A stretch of 64,000 nt of DNA. It comes from Mercenaria mercenaria (taxonomy: Eukaryota). Shown in pieces: positions 36,100-48,467 of this stretch. Below the pieces are notes generated by a model, which made no database searches, was not told the DNA's origin, and worked only from the letters and a program-made list of their open reading frames with translations. Within the stretch, counting starts at the first letter, position 1, and every line of letters starts with the position of its first letter. The stretch spans positions 83,339,972 through 83,403,971 of the forward strand of contig NC_069364.1 in assembly GCF_021730395.1 (NCBI RefSeq), given 5' to 3'. The position numbers and the translations under genes are program-made.

Positions 36100-36757
36100 T
36101 AGCAGATGATGATGATAAAGATACATTTTAAGTTTCAAATCATTATCTTATATTGTACTAAAGTTATATCCAGAAAGCGAAGGTCGCCAAAAAACTTTAT
36201 GAAAAGGGCATAATTCTGTCAAAAATACAATTAGAGTTATGGGGATTGTAACCACACATGCAGATGATGATTATAAAGAAATGTTTTTAATTTCAAGTCA
36301 TTATCTTTTAAAGTACCAAAGAGATGTCTATAAACGAAGCTTTCGAAAAAATGTAACATGAAAATAATTCCAAGTATAACAAATTTGTGACCTTGACCTT
36401 GGGTATAATGGGCCCAGCCCCTGAAAATACTTTGTTTGTATGCTGGACAGTGTTTATGTGAACCTACAGTAAGATATAAGCAATAGTAACAAAGATATGA
36501 CAGAAAAACAAAGGTTGCCGAAAAACTTTAACCTTAAAATAACACCTTGGTGACCTTGACCTTGGGTATAATGGACCCAGGCCCTGCACATACTTCGTTT
36601 GCATGCTGAACAATGTTAATGTGAAGTAACAGTAAGATATAAGCAATAGTAACAAAGAAAAACAAAGGTTGCCAAAAAACTTTAACCAAGAAGGCTCATG
36701 CCGCTGCCGGAGCAAGTAGAATAGCACCCTTATTCTCCAAAATAGGGGAGCTAAAAA
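36100..36757 (+). mobile_element. 5'-truncated Helentron-like element (about 250-bp array x2).
   Basis: 3' end GCCGCTGCCGGAGCAAGTAGAATAGCACCCTTATTCTCCAAAATAGGGGAGCTAAAAATC. The units contain GTGACCTTGACCTTGGGTATAATGG. Confidence 0.5.
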
Positions 36758-37439
36758 TCATGTCAAATTCAATAAGACACTGTTGGAGATAGCAAGCGCT
36801 GTGGGAGGACACAAAAGCTGAATATTCACAAACCTTTCAATCCATTCCCACAAGTGGTTACCAAGATACCAGCTTACATACAAAAACTTGACCAAACTAA
36901 TACACAGGTGCCAAAACAGATGAAAGGTGAGTGCAACAGCTTCACTACTCTTTGAATGCTAAAGCAAAAAAATTAAAAAAGGCAGAAATACATCTGGTCC
37001 AAGCCGAATAATCCATAAACAATGACTATATTATATACAGTAATATGCACAACCTGTTAATTAAAGTTGCTTTTTTTAGAATATTTATAATATGTATTAT
37101 AAAGTACGGATTCAAACATTTAATTAAAAAGGAAAGGATTTAAACATATAAATAAAATAAAAAACTCTAATTCTCATTGAAGTGATAGCATTATATTCCT
37201 GAATTAGAAACATTTAAAAATGTGACGGAAATATGTAGAAATGCATTAAAATGAACTAAACAGAAACACATGGAAACACGTAGAAAAATAACTATCAAAA
37301 TTTAGGTATACAAAATTATTCTATCAAATAAAAAAGTATCACAATCACTTTTGATAAATTATTTAACACAGAAATTAATAAAAATTCAAATAATAATAAA
37401 CAAGGCAATCAGTAACACCAATGGATGCTCCCCAAAGCA

Positions 37440-38653
37440 AATATCTAAAATGGGGGCAATTCAAAAACAGGGTCATGGTTCTTAATTACTGCACTCCCCC
37501 TCAATGTGTTCTAGACTTTAAAGTTTGAAGAAGGTATCTCTTATACTTAAGGAGAGATGCTCTAGACAAAGTTTTTAACACAAAGGGAGCTAATTAAAAT
37601 GAGGCCAGCTAGAGTTATGGTTCTTACTTACTGCACATCCTCTCACTGATCTCTATAAATCTGTGAAGTATTGAGTCAATCATTTATATACTTTTCAAGT
37701 AATACACCAGAAATGTTTACAAACATAAAGGGAGATAATTCAAAAACAGGGTAAGAGTTATTGTTCTTTGACAATACACTCCCTCTCACTGATTTCTATC
37801 AATATGTAAAGAATTTAGTTAATCCCTCATATAGTTTTCAAGTTATGCTCTGGACAAGCTTTTTTTTTACACAAAGGGAGATAATTCAAAAATGGGGTCA
37901 GCTCGAGTTATGGTTCTTTCACAATACACATCCTCTTACTGACCTCTGCCTATATGTGTAGTATGAAGTCAGTCCCTTCCACAGTTTTGAACTTAGGCTC
38001 AGGACAAGCTTTTTACAGAAAGGGAGTTAATTCAAAAATGGGGTCAGCTCGAGTTATTGTTCTTTGACAATACACATCCTCTTACTGACCTCTGCCTATA
38101 TGTATAGTACGAAGTCAGTCCCTTCCACAGTTTTGGACTTAGGCTCTGGAAAAGCTTTTTACAGAAAGGGAGTTAATTCAAAAATGGGGTCAGCTAGAGT
38201 TATAAGTCCTGATTACTGCATTTCCTTTCAATGACATCTATATTTGTGCGAAGTATCAAGTCATTCTTTTTTATGATTTTCAAATTATGCTCAGGACAAT
38301 TTTTTTTTTCACACAAAGGGAGATAATTCAAAAATGAGGTAAGCTAGATTTATGGTTCTTTGAAACTGCACTTCCTCCCACTGACCTCTGTCAATACATC
38401 AAGTCAATCCTTTTCATAGTTTTGGACTTAGACTTTTTACAAAAAGGGAGATAATTCAAAACTGGGTCCACCTAGAGTTATGGTTCCTTATCACTGCACT
38501 TCCTCTCAATGGGCTCTATCATTGTTTAAAGTTACAACTTAGGTTCTTCAATACTTTCTGAGTTATGCTCCGGACAAGAAGTGTGACGGACAGACAGATG
38601 GCTGATGGACAAGGTGGCAGCTATAAGCACCTCCATTCAGGGAGCATAAAAAC
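37440..38653 (+). mobile_element. Helentron-like element with about 8 copies of a 150-bp array. The 5' end is unclear.
   Basis: The unit ..AAAGGGAGATAATTCAAAAATGGGGTCAGCTCGAGTTATGGTTCTTT..CTCACTGA.. is iterated. 3' end GTGACGGACAGACAGATGG...TATAAGCACCTCCATTCAGGGAGCATAAAAACAA (a degenerate hairpin plus CATAAAAA). Confidence 0.5.
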
Positions 38654-39691
38654 AATTCTTTATGAAACTGCAGCTTCAGTCGTTAAGAAGAACAAAAAGT
38701 ACACACAAAAAATTGCACAGATTTATCTTTAGATTGTTAAAACCAAAAACTATAAATAGAGAAATGTTCAATACATTTTTGTTTTCCATAATGTTCCTGA
38801 TCCACATAAACTTTCATAAGATTTTGCCTCCTTTTCCTTATCTGTTTTGATTAAGCATTTATAATGTCTAACTTTACAACATTAAAGAATTACAGCAAAT
38901 TATAATCAAAACTGCTATTAACCCTTAGCCTGCTGGTGGCGAGTTATTCTGCCTTTGCGACCCAAAAGCCTGGATCTGATATTTTTTAATCCATGTAGCA
39001 GTACACTTGGCACAAAATTTTCCCAATCTTAAGAATTGCAACAATAATTATTGTAATAATAAAATTTCATGTTCAGTACTACTGTGAAATCATTAATATT
39101 CATGGTTGAGACAATCCATGAAATTTAATCCCAACGAATTAGTAAAATTCCCATTCATTTTATGTTCAAAAGTTGAAATCCACGAATTCATATTCCCATG
39201 AAAATGCCGTTTTGACCAAAACCACGAAATTTCATGCCCACGAAATTAAATGATTTTACAGTATATTTCATCTTAAAGGGGCCCATCTTCAGATTTATAT
39301 TGCTCATTTTAATTTTTTTAATTCAAAAAGTATTTTATAATTTCAATTTTTAGTGAATTTTTGAACAAAAAATCAAAACAAGGAGAGTATGATTCTTCTT
39401 TAAGAACACTTATATGAAATTGTTTATGGCTTAATTAAGAAAAGCTCTCTACAGTTTTTTAGTAAGATAATATACATATAAATTCACAATAGTCTAAACA
39501 ACTTTAACCAAAAACACATATGATGCAATATTCTTTAATATCTCTAATTTCTACATTAAGTCGCTATTTACCAAATTATATGAATTGAATTACAAAAACT
39601 GCTCCCTTCTTCCAAAGCATATCAAAATTATTTCTTTCATCAACAGCCTATAATATATTTGATCATATGAAACCCGGGTATTAAGAGTTTA

Positions 39692-40089
39692 TACAAAAAT
39701 AGGCTGTTTAACATTTGGGCTTCTGAATTGAGTTGGTCCCTGCTTTTGTGGGCTCATCTCTTCAGTATGTAGATTCAAACTTCTTGCAACAAATTCGTAC
39801 CAGCTTGATCCCAGCTCAAGACTCGTACAAACCAGAGGATGCCGCTTATCAACCCAAACACAGTACTCAAATGCCATCTCTATGGCAACCTTTACTTTGT
39901 CCTTTTCTGTCCCTGCTGGTTCAAACTTTGTTACTTCAACTTTATCTGCAACCAACTTTACAAGCTCCTCCTCTTTGTCAGACAGTTTGCAGTTACGTGG
40001 AAAAGCCTGCGGTGCCAACAGCTTGAAAATGTACAAGAGGACGATGCTTGTAGAAACTATACGGATGATTTCTTCATAGCATTTCAAGC
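39692..40089 (-). CDS. Terminal coding exon of an unidentified - strand gene (132 codons plus stop TAA at 39689-39691).
   Basis: Acceptor (minus strand) ttctttcag|GC at 40090-40091. It translates (G)LKCYEEIIRIVSTSIVLLYIFKLLAPQAFPRNCKLSDKEEELVKLVADKVEVTKFEPAGTEKDKVKVAIEMAFEYCVWVDKRHPLVCTSLELGSSWYEFVARSLNLHTEEMSPQKQGPTQFRSPNVKQPIFV*. The phase-2 start is completed exactly by the phase-1 end of exon 41343..41244. Confidence 0.5.
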
Positions 40090-41243
40090 CTGAAAGAATC
40101 AAGACAACAAATTAAAAGCAAAATCAATATCTTGATGCTATTCCTTTACTTACTTTGTATTAGTTTTAACTATAAAAGTTATTCAACACTTTTTAGTGAA
40201 ACAGAGAATGGAAATTTGATGGTATGAAATATCTCATACTCATTAATCTAAAAATAGGTTACATATTTTATTGAATGAAAGGGGAATCAACAGTTGCTTG
40301 TTAAATATATTATGTCTCTCTAACATTCAGTTTTATGCTGGCTGTTAGTGTTACCTTGACCTTTTACCAGCTGACATACATTTATTGAACAGAAACCATT
40401 TTCAGTATAAAGTAGGCAGTTACCTTGACCATCAGTCCTTCTGGCCTCCAATATAACAAGGAAAGCCTACTAACCTATGGAGGTAAGCTGATGGTAGGCC
40501 AAAGCCTTTCCTAGTTATTTATCAGAAATCCTTCTCAGTTTCAAGGATATTGCACCTTTGACCTCAAATATGATAGGCAGACATCCTAGACGTAGTGTTG
40601 ACCAAAGCCTTTTCCAGTCTTTTATCGAAAATCATTTCAGTCTCAAGGTTACTGAAACCTTGACCTTTGACCTACTGCCTTCCAAAACACTAGATGTCAT
40701 CTACTGACCAGTACTCTATGCAATTTCACAGCTGTAGGCCTAAGAGTTCTCCAGCTACTGACTGGGAACCGAGGTACCAACCAACATATATATATATATC
40801 AAGTTTCATGAAGATCCATCAATGGGTTACTTTGTTAAGTGGGAATCACAAAATTAAAGGGCAATAACTCTGAAATTACTAAAGTGATTTTAATAAAAGT
40901 TGTGCATGCACCACTGTCCTATAATGTTTACATTTTCATGAGGGATTCATCAATAGGTTACTTACAACCACAGACAAAAAGCTGTATTTTTTACCAAATC
41001 AAGGAGAAATAGATTCTAATTTGCTTTTACTGGGTCAAGGGGGATAATACTAAATGCAAGCAAAAAATTACATAAAGTTGAGTTACTCTAGCTAAAATAC
41101 TTTCTAAATTGTAAGCATTTTTAATTTAATACGGCATGTACTCACTCACATGCACGGATGGACAGATGAATGAACAGCTGTACAGAAAATGCTATATACC
41201 TCAACCTTCAGTAGTATATAATATGATAGTTTCCTGTACTCAC

Positions 41244-41343
41244 CAAGAGATTTAAGGCCAGCTTTCTCCAAAACTGCTTTGCATATATCAAAGTCTATTC
41301 CCAGTAAATCCTGCAACACCTCATCCATATCCCAATAACCATT
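41244..41343 (-). CDS. Internal coding exon of the same unidentified - strand gene.
   Basis: Acceptor ttttttag|AATGG (reverse complement of 41339-41345) and donor CTTG|gtgagtac (reverse complement of 41238-41243). It translates NGYWDMDEVLQDLLGIDFDICKAVLEKAGLKSL(G). Confidence 0.5.
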
Positions 41344-41469
41344 CTAAAAAATAAACTCAAAATTTGTATCAATAGGTTAGTTCACAAGCACAACCTTCCA
41401 GCTGTTGACAAATTGTGAGATACTTACAAACCAGTAATATATAAGTTATTCCAAAAAACAAGTACCCTA

Positions 41470-42409
41470 CCGGGTCATCTAATGACCACAGGATATTATT
41501 CCTTGATGTTTTACTGTTAAAGGTTCAAGCATTTTCTGTACCAAGGCAACAAGGACTTTCTAAGTCTAAAATTGGGCATAATTTGGCTAAAATGCATGTC
41601 AGAGTTATTAGACTTGATGCTATCACCTAGTTCTATAACCCTGAAGACACAATCATGTGACATTTCAAATCAATATATCTGCATTAGTTTTGGAGGTAGT
41701 AACTTGCATCAAAAACTTCGACCAGGATTTTCTAAGTTCGAAAGAGCCAAAATACATGTCAGAGTTATGTGTCTTGACCCAGTGAGGCTGGTAATTGACC
41801 TAGAAAAGGAAAAAACAAGAGCTGTCTCCGTAGGATGACACATGCCCCCGATGGCACTTTGAATGAATAGTTATGGCCGATGTTAGAGTTTAGGACCTTT
41901 GACCTACGGAGCTGGGTCTTGCGCGCGACACATCGTCTTACTGTGTCACACATTCATGCATAGTTATTTTAAAATCCATGCATGAATGACAAAGATATGG
42001 ACCGGACATGCCCATCAATGCACTATCATGAAAAATGATCTTTAATGTCTAAGTGTGACCTTGACCTTTGAGCTACGGACCTGGGTCTTGCGCACTGCAC
42101 GTCGTCTTACTGTGGTACACATTCATGCCAAGTTATTTGAAAATCCATCCATCGATGACAAAGATATGGACCGGACACGAAAATTGCGGACAGACCAACA
42201 GACTGACAGACCGACAGACGGTTCAAAAACTATATGCCTCCCTTCGGTGGCATAAAAAGAAGTTTCAAAGCAATATGCCTTTAAATGATAGCTATACATA
42301 CTAGCATGCATAACTTAACCAAGATGTGACACGGATGCCAAAGCCAGGGTGAGTAAAATAGCTCACACTATTCAAAGTCAGACAATTTTTCGAATAGTCA
42401 AGCTAAAAA
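41470..42409 (+). mobile_element. Helentron-like element of the 23079-24417 family. It is 5'-truncated and split by the nested insertion at 41814-42259.
   Basis: Array units at 41530-41813. The 3' end resumes at 42260 with TTTCAAAGCAATATGCCTTTAAATGATAGC...CAGGGTGAGTAAAATAGCTCACACTATTCAAAG...TTCGAATAGTCAAGCTAAAAATAG. Confidence 0.55.
41814..42259 (+). mobile_element. Helentron-like element nested in 41470-42409. Same family as 4884-5661, in opposite orientation.
   Basis: 5' end AACAAGAGCTGTCTCCGTAGGATGACACATGCCCCCGATGGCAC. 3' end GACAGACCGACAGACGG...CTATATGCCTCCCTTCGGTGGCATAAAAAG. It is inserted in an A-run (GAAAAAGGAAAAA^). Confidence 0.65.
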
Positions 42410-42883
42410 TAGTGGTCATCAACTAACCATAAGACTAATTTCACCTAGTCACACAATATTATGGTCAATCTAATCTGATCAGACAATCATTCTTACAAGT
42501 TTGATATCATTAAACCCAAACTGTCTTCCACTTATTGAAAATAAATTTTTTTAAGTCATGAGGTCACAGTAACCTTTAACCTACTGAATCCCAAAATTTC
42601 ATCAACTATCCCACAGTTGGCAACAGTGTTCTTTAGTTAGTAACTAGAAAGTTCTTAAGTTAGTAACTAGAAACCATTTCCAGTCTTGAGATCAATGTCA
42701 CCTTAACCCATGTCCTAATGACACCAAAATAAACAAACTTGGTAATCTACTGACCACAGGATATCATCCTTCTAATGTTTAACAAAAGCAGGTCTAAGTA
42801 CTCTTCATAACTGACAAACAAGAGGGCCATAATGGCCCTATATCGCTCACCTGTCATCATTGCACTTAACGAGAAGAAGGTCA

Positions 42884-43837
42884 AACAAGAGCACCGCCTT
42901 GCGGGTGCTGACGCTCATCTGATTTTTCGTATAATAGAAATATTGTCCTACCAATGATTTTCTAAGTCTAAAAAGGGTCATCATTCTTGCAAAAAGCAGG
43001 ATAGAGTTATGTTTCTTGATGTACAGCGTCCGCTTATGATGGTGAAAAACTGTTGCAAGTTTTAAAGCAATAGCTTTGATAGTTTACGAGAAAAGCTGAC
43101 TTAAACATAATACTCAACCAAGAAAACACGGTCAGCTTATGATGGTGAACAAGTGTTGCAAGTTTCAAAGCAATAGCTTTGATAGTTTAAGAGAAAAAGT
43201 TGACCTAAACAAAAAACTTAACCAAGAAATCTGATATTTTCTAAGTCCAAAAGGGGCCATAAATCTTGAAAAAACCAGGATGGAGTTATGTTTCTTGCTG
43301 TTCAGGGTCAGCTTATGATGGTGACGAGTGTTGCAAGTTTTAAAGCAATAGCTTTGATAGTTTAGGAGAAAAGCTGACCTAAACATAAAACTTAACCAAG
43401 AAAACTGATTTTCTAAGTCCAAAGGGGGCAATAATTCTTGCAAAAAGCAGGATGGAGTTATGTTTCTTGATATACAGGGTCAGCTTATGATGGTGAACAA
43501 GTGTTGCAAGTTTCAAAGCAATAGCTTTGATAGTTTAGGAGAAAAGTTGACCTAAACATAAAACTTAACCAAGAAATCTGATATTTTCTAAGTACAAAAG
43601 GGGCCATAAATCTTGCAAAAAGCAGGATGGAGTTATGTTTCTTGCTGTACAGGGTCAGCTTATGATGGTGAACAAGTGTTCCAAGTTTCAAAGCAATAGC
43701 TTTGATAGTTTAGGAGAAAAGCTGACCTAAACATAAAACTTAACCAGGCAATGCCGACGCAGACGCCGACGCTGACACCGATCAAGTGATGACAATAACT
43801 CATCATTTTTTTTCCAAAAAATCAGATGAGCTAAAAA
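42884..43837 (+). mobile_element. Helentron-like element (about 175-bp array x5). It is preceded at 42816-42883 by a solo 5' terminus of another element.
   Basis: 5' end AACAAGAGCACCGCCTTGCGGGTGCTGACGCTCATCTG. 3' end (GCCGACGC)n ...CAAGTGATGACAATAACTCATCATTTTTTTTCCAAAAAATCAGATGAGCTAAAAATC. At 42816 lies ACAAGAGGGCCATAATGGCCCTATATCGCTCACCTG. Confidence 0.6.
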
Positions 43838-43857
43838 TCATAATCAAGATCAATCAA

Positions 43858-44080
43858 AAGAATCATGAGAAAATATAGTTGAAATTTTCCTAAAGGTACA
43901 GATATGTCAAAATACACCTATACATTGGAGGTATCATCCATGTTGTACCACAGGAAAGTGGTCTCGGTTTTTCCCTACAGCCAATAATAAAAAAGTTACT
44001 AAATAAGCTATTTATAGTAACATAAAAGGGAAGTAATTAAAAAAAAATTATTGTAAGGGAACAAAAGAAGGATCTGCCAA
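43858..44080 (-). repeat. Copy of the 290-bp interspersed repeat, in reverse orientation.
   Basis: Its reverse complement aligns to 10965-11190. Confidence 0.5.
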
Positions 44081-44082
44081 AT

Positions 44083-44475
44083 AACAAGAGCTGTCCGTAA
44101 GACAGCCAAGCTCGACCATTCGAAATATTGTCACAGAAGCAGGAAAATATTACCCAAAATGTTAAATATCAAAAGAGTTTTAAGTTCGAAAGGGGACATA
44201 ATTTGACCAAAATGCATATCAGAGTTATGGGACTTGATGCTATCAACTAGTTTTATAATCCTGAAGAAACATGTTACGGTAAGTTTCAATTCCATATCTG
44301 CATTAGTTTTGGAGATAGTAACTAGCATGTAAAACTTTAACCAGAATTTTTTAAGTCCAAACGGGGGCATAATTTGCCAAAAATACATGTTACAGTTATG
44401 GAACTTGACCCAGTGAGGTTGGTAATTGACGTAGAAAAAGAATAAATAAGTTTCAAAGCTATATGCCTTTAAATT
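44083..44475 (+). mobile_element. 3'-truncated Helentron-like element (23079-24417 family).
   Basis: 5' end AACAAGAGCTGTCCGTAAGACAGCCAAGCTCGACCATTCGAAATATTGTCACAGAAGCAGGAAAATATTACC. There is no microsatellite or hairpin end. Confidence 0.5.
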
Positions 44476-44779
44476 AGTCATAGCCTCTATGCCGTCTAAA
44501 CAGCTGATCGCATGTATTGAAATGCTGCCGTTTGACGTCATAGGCCACTCCTGTCAAAAAATGTCAATATAAGAAGGAGAATTTAGAATGTGCAATGCAA
44601 CTCCATGCAAGGATTTCGGAAAATTTTGTATAGAAATAAATAAACATAAATTGTCCTTTTTTATATTGAATACCATTTGAATCAGTGTAGATGCTTCTAA
44701 TTTGCAAGAAAAACGTTTTCTTCACCGCTGTAATTCTGTCATGTTTTCAAACAGCGGCCGCCATTTTAGGAATTTCTCT

Positions 44780-44812
44780 ACATTGTAATGACGTCACAAA
44801 TATGCAAATCAC
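44780..44812. promoter_or_regulatory. CRE palindrome (TGACGTCA) immediately followed by an octamer motif (ATGCAAAT). Candidate promoter or enhancer module.
   Basis: gtaATGACGTCAcaaatATGCAAATcactgg at 44782-44812. A second TGACGTCA lies at 44529-44536. Confidence 0.25.
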
Positions 44813-46239
44813 TGGGGTCAAACGTGCGGTTTCCCACGAGTTTCTTTCAAACTGTGGTGGGAAATGTCTGTTTGTTGTAGAACATAAAACCTTAACTTTA
44901 TTTCTAAAGATAATCAGAAAATAGTGATGAATGTTTTTTTTTAAATCTGTTGTGTTACTATCCGGGTATGGTAAAAGTGGCCGCTCTTGATTCTTAATTG
45001 ACCATAAATCAAAATGCCAGGGTCATAATTATGCGTGTAAAGAAAATGAGGCACTTAACGGGTTTATTGTTTACGATACGCATCTTACCAGTACCGTAAA
45101 TTTATAAACAACTGAGGGAAGCATGTAATTAATTTTTTTCATAATATACTAAGGTGTTAGTTAAAACAAATTTATTTGAACTCGATTTTGATAAAAGCTT
45201 CAAGTTTATTTGACCAACTCTCGAGTCCGCTTCCTGAAAAAGCATGTCTACTAGTGTCATATATGAGAAGATGCGGTCGTGACCTCAGTTGGGCTTGAAA
45301 CTATGAACTGCGACCGACACCTTAACCACTAGACCAGCCCCCCCCTTACGAAGATGTTGACATCAAGTTGTTTTCCATCAGGAGTTTGAGTAACATGATA
45401 TTAGAGCAGGAGCAAGCGCTGTGTGCTCAAACTTCATAACCATTGACTCTTCGAAATCGATGTCTACGGTTAGAAATATTATATAAATTTATATATATAA
45501 AGTAAATACAGAAATTGACATAACTCATCCCTACCAATTTATATCAAAAACGTAAAATTTGTTTCACCATTCACTTGTCTTAATGACAGTCAGATACGGA
45601 CTTGAGGCCCGGATCCAGCTCGTGCTCCCCCCTCCCCCAACCTCGTTGACTGAGAAGTGATCTATACTCATTATATTAACTCAAAATGCACCAAAGGCCA
45701 CCATTTCATGTCTGTATTTCAAAACTTCCAAGGGGAAGAGCCCCCTGATCCCCCTATAATGAGGGGGATGTCTCACCAGTCTGTATTAAAAAAATATATC
45801 CAGGCGAGAGATCCCCTAACCCCAAGCCCCTTATATGGGCAGAGGTCCCCTCCAATACCTACCGGCTGTCAGCGCTATGCGCCTCGACGGTGACATCTTC
45901 GTTATAGACTGGTGCGTAATTAATTGTAAATTGTGTTTACGAGACAGGAACGCTAATTTAAAGCATATTCGTCTGAGAGAAGCCGATTTTTTTTTAATAC
46001 TTCATCCAATACCAGAATAAGAGTAAAATTAAAACACATGTTTCCGTGTGTTAACATCTGCAGAATGTCTCATGGACTCGGACATAAACAATCCCTCGGG
46101 AAATTGCAAATAATATATATGTAATATGATTAGAATAAACTTGCTGCTTGCACTATCTCTATGGAAATTTCCGTTCTCTTAAAGTCATACTTGTATACTA
46201 ACATTTTCAAATTAGGACGGGAAAATCACATAAATTTAA

Positions 46240-46480
46240 AAATTAAATAAGCAGGCGGTCATTAACGAAGGGGTCGCATGGAAGACACGTACAGATTTGC
46301 CGCCAAAATTTTGAGGTAACCAATAGCTAAAACGGTACCAAGAATTACATGGCTCTCCCCATTCTATGAGCAAGACCATGTTGATCGTCAGGGAAAACAT
46401 ACGCCTCGCCCGGGACTCGAACTCCCGACCCCGAGATCCGGAGATCTGCGTTCTTCTCCCTATTGAGCTAGGCGGGCGGG
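46240..46480 (-). mobile_element. tRNA-derived SINE (a different family).
   Basis: On the reverse strand: GCCTAGCTCAATAGGGAGAAGAACGCAGATCTCCGGATCTCGGGGTCGGGAGTTCGAGTCCCGGGCGAGGCG, with A and B boxes. The six-frame ORF at 46236-46631 reads through it. Confidence 0.45.
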
Positions 46481-48467
46481 CTAACATCATGTTGAAGAAA
46501 AAATTTATATATGTGTGAAAATAGTGCAAGGTTCCTTGCCTCAAAGACGCAGAACTTTGAGGGAAAGTGAGCGTCCGGGCGTGTATATGTGTGTGGGTGG
46601 GGAGGGGGAGGGGAGTAGTCGTTAATATCACTGACTTAAGTGACTTCTGTTCAACATGAAAATAAGTTCAGCTGTACAGTAATTATTTTTTATAGTTTCA
46701 TTCTTAATAACCAAGACATTTATTCAACGTCCTAGATCTACAAGAAATTAAACATCGATGTTTACTTGTCCCTAAATTTTCATATTTTCATTTTTTAAAC
46801 CTTACTGACTCATAATTTATTATACTATGCACGTATGTGTAATATGTAATATTACGAGTCGAAAATTAAGTAAAGGCATGATAACGCATAAAAAATTGTT
46901 TCTGGTATCCCGACCTGCCTTAAATTTTTGGTCCGACCCTAAATGTTTTTATGGCCTTGGAGAATGCACTTTTTATGCTTTAAACATGTTCAGTGATGTT
47001 AGAAATCAATTTACTGATGCTGATACTCTAGCGGCATAACCCCATTATTTGTATTCATTTTTTGACAAAAAAAAAATAATTTCCGAAAAATCTCCCTTAA
47101 TAAAAAAAAAAATCCCAAACAAAAAATCCGACCTAGATCTACCTACCCTAATATTTTTAGCATGTTACCGGAAACAAATATGTTTCTTAAGGCCAAACTA
47201 TAAAATACAATTTCTTTATCAAGATGGACTGCTTCTTCAAAACGGAACTCGCCTCCTCTATTAAAAAGTGAGTTGTAATATATTTCTAGACAACTACGTA
47301 ACATGTCTATGTTACAAATAAACTGTCCGGAGAAAGAGCCCTGACAAATTGACAATGTATTGTAGAAGTTCAGTATACTGAGTACAACCCGAATGCGCCT
47401 CATGTAAATTTGCATGAAGCTCTCGGCCTTCTTACGTCATTTGTCTCATACGTCACCCGTTTCGGAGAAGTGAAACAGTATCAACAAGGACGCGAACATA
47501 GAGAATAACCATATTCTATTTATTTATTTATTAAAACTGTTGGAAAAATGATTGCTAAAGGAACTGGAAATAATTCAATAAGGATACTTAACTACAGGTT
47601 ATCTTTGAACCATGCTTTTGGAAATGATGTTGAATTCAATGAATCAACGTTTCAAGAGCATGGTGCGATCGGTGCCTGGATTTCATCGGGATGATCGACG
47701 AAGTCCGACTTATGATGTCGTCGAGGAGACAGACATTTAAAATGAAATTTGTTTGTGAATTGTAAATTTTGGAGGGATCACAACTTTGGAAGATTAACAG
47801 TGAGTCAGTTTACCTTATAAATGTTCATATAAATTTCTTTTTAAAATAACTTTTGTTTATTCAGAACAGGACAACTTCGCAACTATCAAAATTAGTTTCG
47901 AGCCGCTCGTGAGATTTGGAATTTGATTCATATCCCTTAATTATCCCGCGGCAATGTAATTACTTAACATTTTCATTGACCTACATAATTTGCATATTTC
48001 CCATGATACCTTGTAGTCAAATTCAACATGGCGTCCCGCATCGATTTGGATGCGCGATTGATACGGAAAAACACTACTAAAAGTAATCATCCGAACATTG
48101 CGGGAAGAGTCGACTTCATAGAAATGTAGAAAAAGTGGCAATCAGTTAGCGAAGTAAAAATTTTTTTGGCAAAATGCGTATATAGAACATACATTAGCTG
48201 AAACCTTATATTGCATATTTTTGAATGGAAGGGAATAGAGCTCTGACTGAGGCCCGATATGGGTAGCCGAATTCAGAGCTCTATGTATAGATCTACCTTT
48301 AAATGAGAGCTGTACTTGCATGCAGAAACTTAATGTTATGTGACTTGACCCAGTGAGCTTGGTACCGTAGATACCCATGTATAACGCACAGTTTTTTGAC
48401 CCCGGGACCACCCCCGAATCGTGGGTGCGCATAATACACAGGTATAGACAATTTTCCAACTTCAAAA

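Noticed and set aside
39733-40093. Three + strand ORFs (39733-40026, 39839-40093 and 39882-40079) overlapping the - strand exon.
   Set aside because: They are antisense to the better-supported - strand exon, which has an acceptor site and phase continuity with the upstream exon. They lack any splice or homology support and arise from the shadow of the codon-biased sequence.
45255-45325. tRNA-like stretch on the - strand (GGCTGGTCTAGTGGTTAAGG...).
   Set aside because: It has only an A-box-like motif. No B box or cloverleaf is evident, so it is at most a degraded SINE head fragment.
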